A stretch of 63,632 nucleotides of DNA, the filler included, from Basidiobolus ranarum (taxonomy: Eukaryota), in NCBI GenBank assembly GCA_040143965.1. It is 10 parts of 10 records of this genome, joined end to end, with 100 filler letters (N's around TTAATTAATTAA, not from the genome) between each part and the next. Parts side by side here need not be neighbours in the genome. Positions count along the whole stretch, not along the records: positions 6,385 to 12,666 come from JASJQH010008229.1; positions 12,767 to 19,047 come from JASJQH010008230.1; positions 19,148 to 25,425 come from JASJQH010008231.1; 7 more parts are not named here. One strand, written 5' to 3'. The notes under the pieces were generated by a model. The model saw only the letters and a program-made list of their open reading frames with translations, ran no database searches and had not been told where the DNA came from. The position numbers and the translations under genes were made by a program. This document shows positions 12,558 through 25,425 of the stretch, piece by piece; position 1 is the first letter of the stretch; each line of letters opens with the position of its first letter.

Positions 12558-12666
12558 TGTTGAAATTAGCATTGCCTAAACACCTATATAGTCATATATA
12601 GCTTAGTACTTAGTTATCTTGTAATTCACTAAGATATTATCAATTATTCTCAATCGGAATTTACTT
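12558..12666 (+). mobile_element. Family A LTR start, cut by contig end
   Basis: TGTTGAAATTAGCATTGCCTAAACACCTATATAGTC, near-identical to 38046 onward. Confidence 0.85.
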
Positions 12667-12797
12667 NNNNNNNNNNNNNNNNNNNNNNNNNNNNNNNNNN
12701 NNNNNNNNNNTTAATTAATTAANNNNNNNNNNNNNNNNNNNNNNNNNNNNNNNNNNNNNNNNNNNNAAAGGCAATCATTCGTGATAACTAGGTGCAC

Positions 12798-14694
12798 CTA
12801 CGAAAATATGAAAAGATTTTTGGTTGCAGCGACGGCAATGGTATTCTCTCTTGGATGCCATGAGGTATGGAGAATTTTCTTGTTGAAATCCATGGTGTCT
12901 GGATTGATCTCCTCCTTCCTACCATTCTTGGCTCCACGACCAAGGCTCGATTTGTTCTTGGTAGAGCCAGCACGTTTAGCCTTGAAAGCGCTCTTGTCAG
13001 CTTGCAACGTGACTTCTTCCTTGTTGTTCGCATCAAAAATACTGAAATAGTTGCTGTAGGAGCCAGTGAGAATGGAGCTAATTTCTCGAATTAAGGACAA
13101 TGGGTAACACATCGCATGAACGTAGTAAAAGAAAGAAAAATTCAACTGGAAAAAGGATACTTTCCATCGCCGCTGACATTGCATTCAAATTTGTCGAAAA
13201 TACAATCATTTTCGTAAAGATCGCATAACTTGCAGCGATGATGGTCATGGTCGTTGATGGTCTCCACAGGCTTGCTGTCCATATTGATGTCCCAGATTTT
13301 CAGCGTCAGATAATCACGAGAAAGAATGTAGCGACCGTCACTACTGAACTTGACATCCGAGATTGAAGAGATGATTTCCGAGAAGAAGGACCTGCTACTG
13401 GGGTCTTCTTCCTCTTCAAACACTAAACAAATAAAAAAAGAGGTTGTGGTGATTAGCGCTCTGGCAATTGGGTGTGGTGATTGTTAGTATGACTGCCCTA
13501 CTCTTAGCATAGCGATCACAAAGAGCCGCCTCTCTCATATCGCAAAGTTTAATGGTTCCCTTACTACTGCTGTACATGAAAACGTTACAGTGCGATGGAT
13601 GAAACTCAGAAGCAGTAATTACTTCAGTCAGTTCCTCCATATTAGCAGGCTTAATGTCGACAATGTCTATGAAAAGGGAGGTTAAGGAAATAAACACTTT
13701 CAAATAACAATCGATCAATCATTTTCACCACCACAAAAAGATACTGAAGCTCTGGTCACTAATATCCAAGTTCCACAGATTGATTCGTAGATCGTCTCCA
13801 GAAAGGTATGTCTCTCCGTCAGAATTGATGGAGATAGAATTGATGTGATAAGCATGAGCATTAGCATATACCTTTCTGGGCACTGCGGCAACAATAGAAT
13901 CATGGTGGGTGAGTTTGGGAAGTTTTAGAGAGCCAGTGTTCAACGATGGCCGAGCCAAGCCATCTGTTATGTTCTTCTCAGAAACAACCTTTAGAGATTT
14001 CTCAAAAACCTTCCACAATTTGATGGTCTTGTCTGAATAATATTAAAAGTGACATGAGTAATAAGCACAGCACTTGTCCAACTGACCGAGTACGAGTACA
14101 TACCGTTAGTGGAAAGCAAGAAGTGAGCAGAATTTTGGCGTTTGCACCATCTGATCTTGTTAATTCTTTCTTCAATCTCTAAACTCTTCAAGTAATCGAA
14201 TTCAGGCTCGTGAGATTGGAATTCTGTATGAAATTTGTATTCACAGCCTTTTTTCTATAAACAAGTTAGAAATTTGAGGGATAGTTAAGTACGTAGAGTA
14301 AACATACCCCGTCATTTCTCTCAAATAATACCACTCTGCCTCCTCTATCACCAGTGGCAAGATAGTCGCCACTATGGTCAAACTCAACAGTAGAAATTAT
14401 GTCAACTATAGAAAGATCAATTCCAAGTTAGTTATGTCGAAGTATTGATACACGTAAGAAAGTCGATTTGACCAAAGTCAGAGGGGATAATAAGAAGTAA
14501 ACTAGTGGAAGGAAGAAAATAGATAGCTTGGATAAACTTCGCGTAGAATATAGGGCAACTGGGCACATTTCTGAGCTACGTAGAAATAGACCTTTAGAAG
14601 AGAAAATTCAGAACATACCTTCAGAGATGTCTTCGACATCCCCTTTGTCACCAAAACATTGGGCAAATTTCCATCCTCCATCAACTTCAGCCAT
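12798..14694 (-). CDS. CDC55: PP2A regulatory subunit B55 (WD40), 7 exons
   Basis: [125 protein letters not shown]. The exact last codons near the contig edge are uncertain. Confidence 0.96.
13078..13160 (-). other. U12-type (minor) GT-AG intron in CDC55, 83 nt
   Basis: 5'SS GTATCCTTTT; branch TCCTTAAT ending 11 nt before the 3' splice junction; splicing restores SGDGNSILTGSY. Confidence 0.9.
13667..13744 (-). other. U12-type (minor) GT-AG intron in CDC55, 78 nt
   Basis: 5'SS GTATCTTTTT; perfect branch TTTCCTTAAC ending 14 nt before the 3' splice junction; splicing restores QSFNIVDIKP. Confidence 0.88.
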
Positions 14695-15773
14695 ATTTGA
14701 TATAGAAATAGGTAGACAAAAAAGAGTAGATTACTTTAAGACAGGGCGACAGAGAAAAGCTACAGGCTGAGGTGAGAAACAAGACAGCTATAGTGTGTGG
14801 CCGCGAAATTCTCTTGATTTTTTTTAATAGCTGGAATCCTAATAAGTCTGTGTGGCAGATATTGAGCATAAATCAGATTGACCAGGAAACGCAAACACCA
14901 CCCACATCAAGATGATGAATTTCATATGCTGAGCATGTCAACTCATGGTGATTGGATTAGAAATCACATTTTAAGTACGAAATAGGCTCACTCATTAAAA
15001 TATGTGTCTCACCCGTGCTTGTCTATAGTTACTGATACCAACTCGTTAAGAATAACCCAGCTACTAGTCAACAATGGCATTGATTCTGTATTCCAGATTC
15101 AGGCTTCAACCCACCAAAAAACACCGAAGCCCTTGCCAGACAGTAGAACTAAGAGCCTTTGTAACAATGTGTTTGACATGGTGATGAAGCTATCGGCGCG
15201 AAATGATTGGCCTTCACCTTGAGCCAATGGCAGACTGATACTCTTTCCTTGTTTCATTAGCCTTGCCAGAAGCTCAGGCTTACAACTCTCGCTAGATTCA
15301 TTTCCTTTGCTTATTATTAAGAACATTGCATCGTTTGAGCTAAATGAGCCAATTATGACACATGCGTTAGCGGCTCAGCTTTGACCGTGTTCAGTAATAT
15401 CAAATGCCTGAGCTCACGCGGCCCTGAGTGTACAATTTGGAAAATAGCGCTGTGTCCACTGCACATGACAGAATGAAGGTTGCTCTCACAAAATATTTTA
15501 CATACATTCCCGGTGCCTCTTTGATCCAGAATATATCCTTCCAGATCATCGTTGTAAGAATGGTTCTCAGAAATCGTTCCAGAATTGTCATCTTATTTTG
15601 ACGAATTGAGTAAACCGTATTTCATTAATCATTTGTGAATCTTGATTGAATGTCGAACTTCAGTACCATTCATGTACTTAATCCATCGACTGATAAAAGA
15701 GCTCTGAGACCGAAACAAAATAAAATAAAACTCATCGTTCAGGGTCTCTTATTCGTTCTATATTTAACATTAA

Positions 15774-17624
15774 ATGCATAGAGGACTCGAGAATAAAGAG
15801 ACGCTAACTGCCCACCCATTTATACACTATTATTGTGGATGTTCGGACTTGTATAAAATATCTTCAGGTCAGGCTGCTGCTGATATTTCTAATTCGGAAA
15901 CCACTCACAGTTTGCACAAGGATGAGATAGAGTCAGGAAAAGAGAGTGACAGCTCAGAGGAGAACGAACTGGATACTCCGCCTTTTGATTTGTCGGAACA
16001 CGATGTTCATCTGGTAACCCAACCGCTTTCCAAACTTTATTTCTGTGAGAGTTGCCATCAGTTACGCTGCCCACGCTGTGTTCAAAGCGAAATCGTGTGT
16101 TATTATTGCCCCAATTGTTTGTTCGAAGTTCCGACCGCTTCAGTGAAATATGAAAAAAACAGGTAATCGAAGCTTCCAAGAAATTCGAGTAAACTTTATT
16201 AATTCTCTTTCTTTTTCAATCAAGGTGCGGCAGAAATTGCTTCGAGTGCCCTCTTTGTTCAAACACTCTATCAGTAGTGTTATCTGAAAAATCTTCTACT
16301 CAGGGTTCACCTGAAACCCCCGAGTCACTGTATTATTTGCATTGTGGAGTATGTAGATGGAGTTCCAAGGAAATAGAAATGACCTTTGAGCGTCCCACCG
16401 GCTTGGCCAGTAAGAAAATATTGCTTGGCTAAATGAATCTTCACGATATTTTTCTAACTATATATTTTAGTGCAACTTCAAAAGACTGAGGATGAGCAAC
16501 CAGACGTTCAAGAATTCGATAATTTGAAACAGCATTTTGAGCGTTTCTTTCGTGCCAATAATCCACCTTCACTTCCACCCTCTCTACTTTCTATTCCAGG
16601 AGTATCAGGATTCACCAAGACTTCTATGTTGCTACACACCCAACAACAACAACAACAACAAGAAGTCACTCCCTATAAATCAGACGTCGTTGTGGCTGAC
16701 GACAAGGATCTTATCGAGGAGCTGATCAATATGACAGATTCTAGTGAAAGTAAGTGGCCAATATATATTCCTCTGGAATTGATCTTATTCATTTTTATGT
16801 TTATTAGTTACCACTTTGGAGCAGCGTTTGAAGCAATTAAATACTCAATCGTACCGTACTACCGGCTTGTATCCACAGAGGATTCATTTACGTACGAAGC
16901 GTAGTAAGCGATGCAAATCATGTCGACACATTCTGATTAAACCGGATCAGAAGGCACAAGCGACACGTTTCAAAATCAAGTTCACGGCTATGTAATTAGA
17001 GATGTTTGTAAGATTTTTTGTTATAATACTAACATATTTTATTAGGCTATATGTACCTATTATCAATATCGTTAACCAACCCTATCTTGAAATTGGCAAA
17101 CCAACACAAGTCATTTTGAAGTTCACTAATCCTTTGGAGCAAGAAATGGAAATTATTCTAGCCACATCGCAAGTGACTAAAGATAACCAAGCACAGGTAA
17201 TCCTTCGTAGTGTATAGGGCCTTTTTCGACTTGACAACTGACACTTTTTCAGATTAGTGTCTTGGCTCCTCAGTTTAAAGTATATCCATACGCAGATATG
17301 CTTGAATTTGACGAGGAGGAGCGACGAAGACGTTTAGTCTCGGAGACGAACAACTCGACCATCGGTATACATGAGCGCAAGTTAAATACCACTAGCATCA
17401 TTATAGAAGTAGTTCCACAAGCTGAAGTGAAGAATTTTATGGTAATTCTATCCATCATTTATGGAATGTTAATATGAATTACTAATACTTGTACCTAGTT
17501 CCCAATGTTGGTAACATACTCCTACACCTTAAAGTCCGATTCTGAAGATGGAGAAAGCGAAACTCTCACTAAAAAGAAATACTCATTTTGGACCATTATC
17601 GGATTGGGCAGTGTAGATCATTGA
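15774..17624 (+). CDS. Dynactin subunit p62 (DCTN4), 7 exons
   Basis: LYFCESCHQLRCPRCV...YYCPNCLFEVPTASVKYEKNRCGRNCFECPLC, PQRIHLRTKRSKRCKSCRHILIKP; six GT-AG introns; short CAA poly-Q tract near 16641. Confidence 0.93.
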
Positions 17625-18477
17625 GGTCACTGTCACATTAACGAATCCCCATTTTTTACGTTGCTAATTCTCTTCGTATTTGATTCTAAATCCTTTCACT
17701 CCACTCCTTGAATAATACCAACCATTCTTTAGTATACTTATATTACGAACGAAGCAGTTGTTCCACTCTAGTACAAAAAACTAGTAGATTTTTTAATGTA
17801 AAACGAAATAGCGTAGCTATCTCCATTCAAATTCATCCATTGAAGCTTCGGCTCTTTCCAGTGAGCTGTGTTCGCAAGTAAACATTTAAATCAATTTGAT
17901 CGATTATCGCAAGTGTTTATGCACAGGTACATCAAAGCAAATACCCAGACTGTACTTGAGGATTGATGTGTTAGCTACATATGCGATGTAAATCAAACAA
18001 AACCAGTGTTTAATACTCATCTTCTCCAGTAATCATCACAGTAGCAAACAAGCGGACTGGAATCTCAGTCAAAGGCGTAGGTAGTTTATTGGTGGATCTG
18101 CATAACTTCATCAACTCGGAAAATTAGTCATAGTAATGAAGATGGTCAAGTCCGTTTGAACTAATGTTGTACCAGCCAGGTTGTATTTCCCGTACTAGCA
18201 ATAACTGATCAAATTACTCCAAACCCAACTACGTCATTTCAAGCTATGACACAACTACACCCTCAGGATTCCAAATTTAGCGGTGGGGATCTTTAATCTT
18301 GAAATTTTTAGAACGTCTATGCACATGATACTCTTACATCATTTGCACAAATTACTAACAGTATTGACACAATCCAAACTAGGCAAGTCATTCCTTACAT
18401 ACATATATATAGACACACACGCCTACAATGCTAGTGTCAAAATCCTTAACTCAAAAGAATCCAATTATCTTATCAAT

Positions 18478-18978
18478 ATGTCTAAAATCACTGCAACCGC
18501 TAAGAACGCTGCCGGTACCATCCAAGAGAGTCTTGGGAGAATATTCAACAATGAGGGGATGATTGCCAAAGGAGAACAAAAACAGTACGAGGCACACGAA
18601 AAAAAACTTGCTGTTGAGGAGAGAAATGCCAAAGAATACTATTCATCTAAGGGAGTTCCTGTGGAGAGTGGCCATGGTACCACTCACAAGGACGAGGGTG
18701 TACAGTGCTTCTATGGAAATGCTTTGAATATAGATCAATCCTTTGGCTCACCAGGACGTGACAATATTGAAGCAAGCTTGAGTGATACACATGACAGTAA
18801 GACTAAAGTCTCTAATGATCATAAGGTAACTACTAGTGGACACTCTCCCATGTTCGCAGCTGCCTCAGGAATGCATGTAGTTGAAAACCCTGTAGGAAGA
18901 GAGGGATCATATGACTTGGGAGAAAGCTGCACTAATATGGAGACGAATGCCCCGCCGCAGGTTCGACCCCTGCTGTGA
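18478..18978 (+). CDS. Hydrophilic protein with N-terminal CsbD-like segment, 166 aa
   Basis: MSKITATAKNAAGTIQESLGRIFNNEGMIAKGEQKQYEA matches the CsbD/UPF0337 pattern; TATA-like ATATATAG ~70 bp upstream. Confidence 0.65.
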   Translation: MSKITATAKNAAGTIQESLGRIFNNEGMIAKGEQKQYEAHEKKLAVEERNAKEYYSSKGVPVESGHGTTHKDEGVQCFYGNALNIDQSFGSPGRDNIEASLSDTHDSKTKVSNDHKVTTSGHSPMFAAASGMHVVENPVGREGSYDLGESCTNMETNAPPQVRPLL

Positions 18979-19147
18979 GCATTTTTTCTGACTTGAGCTG
19001 ACTAACAAGCGTTTTTTGACTACTTGTTTTATCGTGATGCGCCTTAGNNNNNNNNNNNNNNNNNNNNNNNNNNNNNNNNNNNNNNNNNNNNTTAATTAAT
19101 TAANNNNNNNNNNNNNNNNNNNNNNNNNNNNNNNNNNNNNNNNNNNN

Positions 19148-19548
19148 AAATTGATATGATCATGAATGCTGCTATGAAATCTGGTTTCACTGGTGGTTTG
19201 GTTATTGATTTCCCCAACAGTAAGAAGGCCAAGAAGTTCTATCTTTGTCTTTTTGCTGGTCAATCTGCACCTCAGGATCTTCCTAAGGCGTTAGGTGAGG
19301 AGGGTGAAGAGGCTACTGGAGTTACTTATGCTAACAAAAGGTACGTTTGGGTGAAAAATAGTCATAGAATTCGATACTGATTGCCTTCATGTAGAGTCAT
19401 AGAGCGTCGTAAGAGCAAAGGAAGCAGACGCCCCGTCAAGGATAAGAACTGGGTACTTTATAAGAAGGAATTGTCCAGAACACGTGGTAAAGAAAACGTC
19501 CCTCTTGACTCGAAATATACCGCAAGAAAGCGTAAGCCCAGATTCTAG
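19148..19548 (+). CDS. BUD23: 18S rRNA m7G methyltransferase Bud23/WBSCR22, 3' part
   Basis: [31 protein letters not shown], one intron, C-terminus [16 protein letters not shown]. Confidence 0.93.
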
Positions 19549-19980
19549 AGTGTATATTCAAGTATATTTAATCAAATGTATTTTTCCATTGTTCCAATCC
19601 ACCATATGCTTTGTAATCATCCCTCGCTCTCTACTTCGTCTATAATCTTCAATACCTCACCTCACCTCTCCCTCCCCTATCTCACCGAGAACATTTCAAA
19701 TAAATACATTCTCGTGATGTGAGGATAGACATCTTGAACCTAGCTAATGGGTATTGTCTGAATGCCTTAAATTAGTCAAACTTAGTCAGAACAGAACCGG
19801 AGAAATATCCATTTTGAAATACATTTATCCGGAGGGCCGTAACTGGTTGAAGACATATCTAAAAGTATCTAGATTATGTAAAGCTAGAATCTACCAAATT
19901 CAATTTTCTTTTTATAAAGTGTCCATCTTCTCGGTATTCTTGATCTTATTCACTACTATCACACAAATATCTGTTTCAAA

Positions 19981-20905
19981 ATGACAATCACCTCCCTTAC
20001 TCCAGAGAACCAGACAACTTGTGAGTTTGACGATATCCACTCTGCTTTGAAAGATTTCGGTACGTCCATTTACCTCTCTAGACGGTTATTTCTGAACCAA
20101 GTTCGCTTACTTTCATTTCGTTTAGCTGCGGGTAAGTTTTTGTTGGTAGTTGATAATGAAGACCGTGAAAATGAAGGAGACTTAATCATGGCTGCCGAGA
20201 AAGTTACTACCCAAGATATGGCATTTATGATACGTTATACAAGGTAATTAGTTCTCTTCACAGAAGGAGAGGGTTTTTCGAGTTACTAACCAAACACATT
20301 GATATAGTGGTTATGTTTGTGTTCCTTTGACTAATGAGCGAGCAGATCAGCTTCAACTCCCACTTATGGTAGAAAATAGTAGTGATCCTCATAAGACTGC
20401 CTACACCATCAGCGTAGATTATAGCCATAGTAAGCTTTTGGAGGCTTCGTTTTTGTTTACAAAATTTCATATTAAGGAACTATTTTGAATAGATACAACC
20501 ACTGGAATATCTGCACACGATAGAGCTTTGACTGCCAGGAGCTTAGCTGATATATCTATCACTGAACCCTCTGAGTTTAATCGACCTGGACATATTCTCC
20601 CCTTACGCGCACGAGATGGTGGTGTGCTTACTCGTGTTGGACATACCGAAGCAGCAGTTGGTAAATATTCTGGATGAATCCACCTCCCCTTCTCTCTCAT
20701 TGTAAACGTCATATTAATCTCACTTTTCATGGCAGATCTTTGTAAATTATCTGGATTAAGTCCAGTGTCGGTTATTTGCGAACTTGTCAATGATGATGGT
20801 AGTATGGCCCGTCGAGATGATTGTAAAGCTTTCGCCGTTAAGCATGGTCTTAAGATGATCACTATTGCTGATCTTATCAAGTATCGTTTAGATAATGAAC
20901 TTTAG
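19981..20905 (+). CDS. RIB3: 3,4-dihydroxy-2-butanone 4-phosphate synthase (riboflavin pathway), 5 exons
   Basis: [68 protein letters not shown]. Confidence 0.95.
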
Positions 20906-21406
20906 ATTTCCTTTACACCCTCTGATCGAATCCTCTCGCTTTAGAAGTAAATTACATTCAATTGTTCCCCCCCTCCCCCTTGCCTTTTCTATTTGGATAT
21001 CTTTCGATGTAGAGTGACTTGTACCATAATCTACTTTCAATCACCTACACTTGCTTGAAATAAATCCTTAATCACGAATAGAGAATGACTCTTGACTTTT
21101 GGATGGTGAGCTATGTTTTATACTAGATTGTGACGAGATATCGATACAAATTCCACCTTACAAAAGACCAGCGTTGACTCTGATCCAACTACCAGTATAA
21201 CAATGAAAGTAGAAACATTACGAAACGAACATGAAAATCTGGCTAAAATGACCATTCGTCAACATCAATAGACAAGGGACGAAAGATTCATGAACGTTGT
21301 AAAATTTCCATTTCAAATTAATATACATGCTCCAGGATATTAAAACTTACGTAAAACGAAAAGAATTCGTTGAATCTTTCGATAATCATTTCGAAGCACG
21401 TTCAAT

Positions 21407-22923
21407 TTACAAGAAATAATCGGGTGCGGGTTTTTTAGAAGGTGCATTTCGTACTTCTTGTGGTGCTGCTTCGAAAATTTTGTAATTTTTGTTCAAATGC
21501 TCATCTAACTCTAAGATTGCCGCTACATTACCACATCTTTGAATATTAAGTATCATGTTAATTAATGCGAAACTACCAATTTCACTCAATCAAAATTACC
21601 TGTAACAATAGTTCGGAGCGGACCAAACGGTGACAATGGTATCGTTAAACATGAGTTTATACCCTTCCATAACAAGTTGATGTGCTCTAGCAATCAGGTC
21701 TAAGTTATTGGCATGCAAGAACTAAACAAGTCAATCGTATTAGTATCTTTTCACGAGACATTCCTTTACGAGAGCTACCTACCGACTTTACGATATTTCC
21801 ACCAAACAAATAGCCAGCTCCGCGTGGACTCAGTCCCCAACCCTCAATTTCTAATAGAAAACCATATCAATAATCCAAGTATCTCACTTCTCGCGTCATG
21901 AGTAATATCAAATATACCATCTGGATCCGACCACAAAAGATCACACATTCCACCATCATGAGGGACTTCCTGCTTTCTATCAATAGTACGAATCTACGAA
22001 ATACTCAATATTTAACTTTCAAGAAGAATGAATAACAACCACTTCAACCAACAACAAATACCTGATCCACTGTTGTGATTGAAGGAGAGAGTCCTCCATG
22101 AACACAAAATATTTTATCATCAATAATGGCGGAGAGACTTAGGTAATCAAATATTTCACAGCAATAACGCCAAACATTCGGAGATCCATACTTTCGAAGA
22201 CATTCTTCGTAAAACCCATAAACTTGGGTGATTTGACGACTCTCATGATTACCACGAATTAAAGTAATTCGATCCGGATAGCGAACCTTATTATGTTCAA
22301 TGGATTATTATATGTAGTGAATGGTACAAAAAAGTGAAGGCCACTTACTTTAAGAGCAAGGAGTAATAGAAAAGTTTCAACGCTATAGAAACCACGGTCA
22401 ACGAAATCCCCTATACCAACAAAACAAGTCAGTGAAAAGAAAATTCACTTGAGGAGAGAGGAATTTGAAATTCACCCATGAACAAATAATTCGTGTCTGG
22501 ACATTTCCCACCGACTTTGAACAACTCTTTAAGATCGTAAAATTGTCCGTGAATATCTCCACAAATCTAGACAAGTTAAGGGTTACTATCTCTATAGAAT
22601 TGGTTGGGAGGGTTTTTCCGCGTCGACTAAAGCCAAAGTGTATGCATATTAAATCCATAGCCTCTGTTAACAAGTGGAAGTTTCATACCGTAACTGGAGC
22701 ATCTACTCTTTGAACATTACTTTCCTCGATCAGTATTTCACGAGCTTTGTTACAAAGCTGCTTCACCTGATTCTCAGTGATAATCTCACAACGTCTCAGT
22801 TGTTCTATTTGGCTGTCAAGAGGGGTTATAAGGAAAGAGGTAAGTTTAACAAACTACTTTAGTGAAGTACTAACAGCAACGAATGAAAGAAAAACAGTAC
22901 CGATCGAGGTCGCTTTGTGTCAT
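21407..22923 (-). CDS. PPH3: Ser/Thr protein phosphatase 4 catalytic subunit, 9 exons
   Basis: [17 protein letters not shown]..., [45 protein letters not shown]-terminal PDYFL. Confidence 0.93.
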
Positions 22924-25335
22924 GATGGAAGTGAAAGGAAAATGCACCAAGTAATCAAAGAATATATGTACGTAAACTGGATGTCTACCAGAGAACCAAT
23001 GCAGATAGTCACATCAAATCATTTGCATGATTAAATTTACCTCTAATATGCATTTTAGAGATAATTATTCCCAGATTTTGATTGGTTGTTAATTTGGCGA
23101 TATTTTCAGAAGCAACTGAAATAGAAACTAAATCTAACAAGATATGGAATTGTAAGGGAAAATGTTAGCACCATGCAAAAAAGTGGATATCCCTACACTG
23201 CTTCAGGTTGGTAGGTTCATTGTTTTGAGAATAAAATATTATTGAATGCACAAATATTGTCTTCGTCTAAGTAGTTCACTACATGTTGCAGAGTCAATGT
23301 TGGTTTATGAAATTTAGATCTAGCAGCCCAGCCAGACAATTAGCCACAATAGTACAAATTGAAGAAATGTAATACAGACATATGGAGAGCAAGTTTGTTC
23401 AAGTTCCCAAAACCTGTTGACAGCTTATATTCACACTTCAAGTGATAGAAACCCGTTGCCATTATGATTATATTTAAACTTCGGTGCTGATAAAGTTTGA
23501 GTGAGCCAACACCCGTTAGCAATCTATAATCCAATTAGGAATAAACGAGGAGATGCGTAACATCTTGTACTTTGTTTATTCTAGATCCCAAGCCATCACC
23601 AAGTGGCAATCAGGTGACATTTAAGAATGAACATCCTGGAGCGGAGGAGGAATGGGTGTCAATATCTATATTTAGTGTACGTGTAACGTGCTCTAAGAGC
23701 CGTTTCGAATATCAGTTACTTTTCTGGGAGGATGCCTTTTTAGTCCAAGCTGTTTGCTTTCTTCGTATTTGGTGTGTTCAATGATACTGAATATAACTGA
23801 GCTCATTCCAGAATAATCTGCAATCCGACACCCAATCAGAGAGTAGATGTTGTACGTCGTTACATATCCTCGAGGATACGCGTTACTGTTGCTCGAGCCC
23901 TTGGTCCGGTATTTTGACTCATTTACCCGATAATCGGAACTCTCTCATTAATGAATGTGGGAAAGTAAAGAATAAGGATATTTAAGTTCAAAGTCTATGT
24001 TTTGCTTGTCTCCATTGGCTCTCAAATATACAAGTGAAAGCTGTGTACTACATTACACAAGGAGGCATTCATTGGATGCCTTTCATGCAGATGATTTCAT
24101 GTTACCGACTTGATCTTAATTAGTCACTGAAAGGAATGCTGTGGGGTTCATAGGATGATTCGATAAAGAATAGTTCCCTACTTCCCTTTAACCGTGAAAG
24201 AGATGAGGTGTGCGTTATCACTCGTACTACGTAATGTTTTCCAACCTTCAGGACTCAAAGGATCATCATCAGGGCATCGTAGCAGCGAAGTCATGATGAT
24301 ACTAGTAAATACTAGGAATGCACCGATACCTGAATGCCCTGGAAGCATAGGGCAATGATTGATACAGGCGTTGATCAGTATATTCAAGCTATATTCTAAA
24401 TGTGATGGCCCAGAGTATACCCATAGGATCCGTATTCAACTAGTACGACATCGAGAAGTACTTATGGATACAACATATTCGTGTTATTCGTGTTAGCTCC
24501 CCAAATATTATTTTTTGTATCTCTTGCGTGTAACTTCACGGCTGCCTGGCTTTATCCTGATTAGATGGGAGTTACTGGTTTCCACAACAACCCTTAAACT
24601 ACGACCCTGAATACTTTCGGGGATTTCTAACAATATTTGGCAATTCCATGAGGTATCACAAGTCACTCTCCATCAGGAATATACGACACTTCGCGTACTT
24701 GCTCACGAACACTTTGATATGAGATAACGAGGTGCCCCATATTCTAAACACTTGTTCACACGAGACTATTATGCACGATTTAAAGTGTTGAAAGATCTCG
24801 TCGACCCTTGAGCCACCATGTTTGGCAATGAAACCTATCCATAGCCGACAAAGGATTGCTTCTCCGGTGATTATATCAATACATTATCAATACTATAATC
24901 GAACTCAAGTTCTTGACAGCTTACTAGTGATGGAATGATTTAACTCTAGCTAAGTAGATCGCTGTTTACCGACCTGGTAACTAAGCACTCTCATGGCCGA
25001 TATGCAAAACTATTGTTGCTTGGATATTATTGTTAAAGATTATTTGGATTCTAGATAGATAGGACCTTTAATGATGATGAATGCTTTCTAAAATGATCAT
25101 AAATGCTCTGAAGGACGGGCTATATACATTCTGAAACTCGCGGGGGAATGAATGGATGACTTTTGTTAAATACTGCGCCAAAGGGCCGGACAGGAAAGAC
25201 TCCCGCAAATGCTTTGAGAAGTACATAAAAATAATCGAAGTTTGGCTTGTTCCACAGAAAGAATAAAAATAAAATGCTATATATAAAAGTGAGTAGATTG
25301 AATGTTATCTACGGATCTACCGCCATTCAACAATG

Positions 25336-25425
25336 CTCGGTGATGAAGTTAAATGGCGATAGAGGTGGCAGTCTGTGCAATTGCACAGACTGCCACCTCT
25401 ATCGCCATTTAACTTCATCACCGAG
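25336..25425. repeat. Perfect 90-bp palindrome at contig end
   Basis: 45-bp arms with no spacer, centre GCAA|TTGC at 25380/25381, ending exactly at the spacer. Confidence 0.97.

Noticed and set aside
19763-19790. TGCCTTAAA resembling the U12 snRNA 5' end
   Set aside because: Lacks the following GAGTAAGGA branch-pairing region; it lies in the RIB3 promoter.
12798-22923. Apparent phosphatase cluster (PP2A-B55 and PP4c), and a phosphate/purine theme across the window
   Set aside because: The genes lie on different contigs that are adjacent only because of length sorting.
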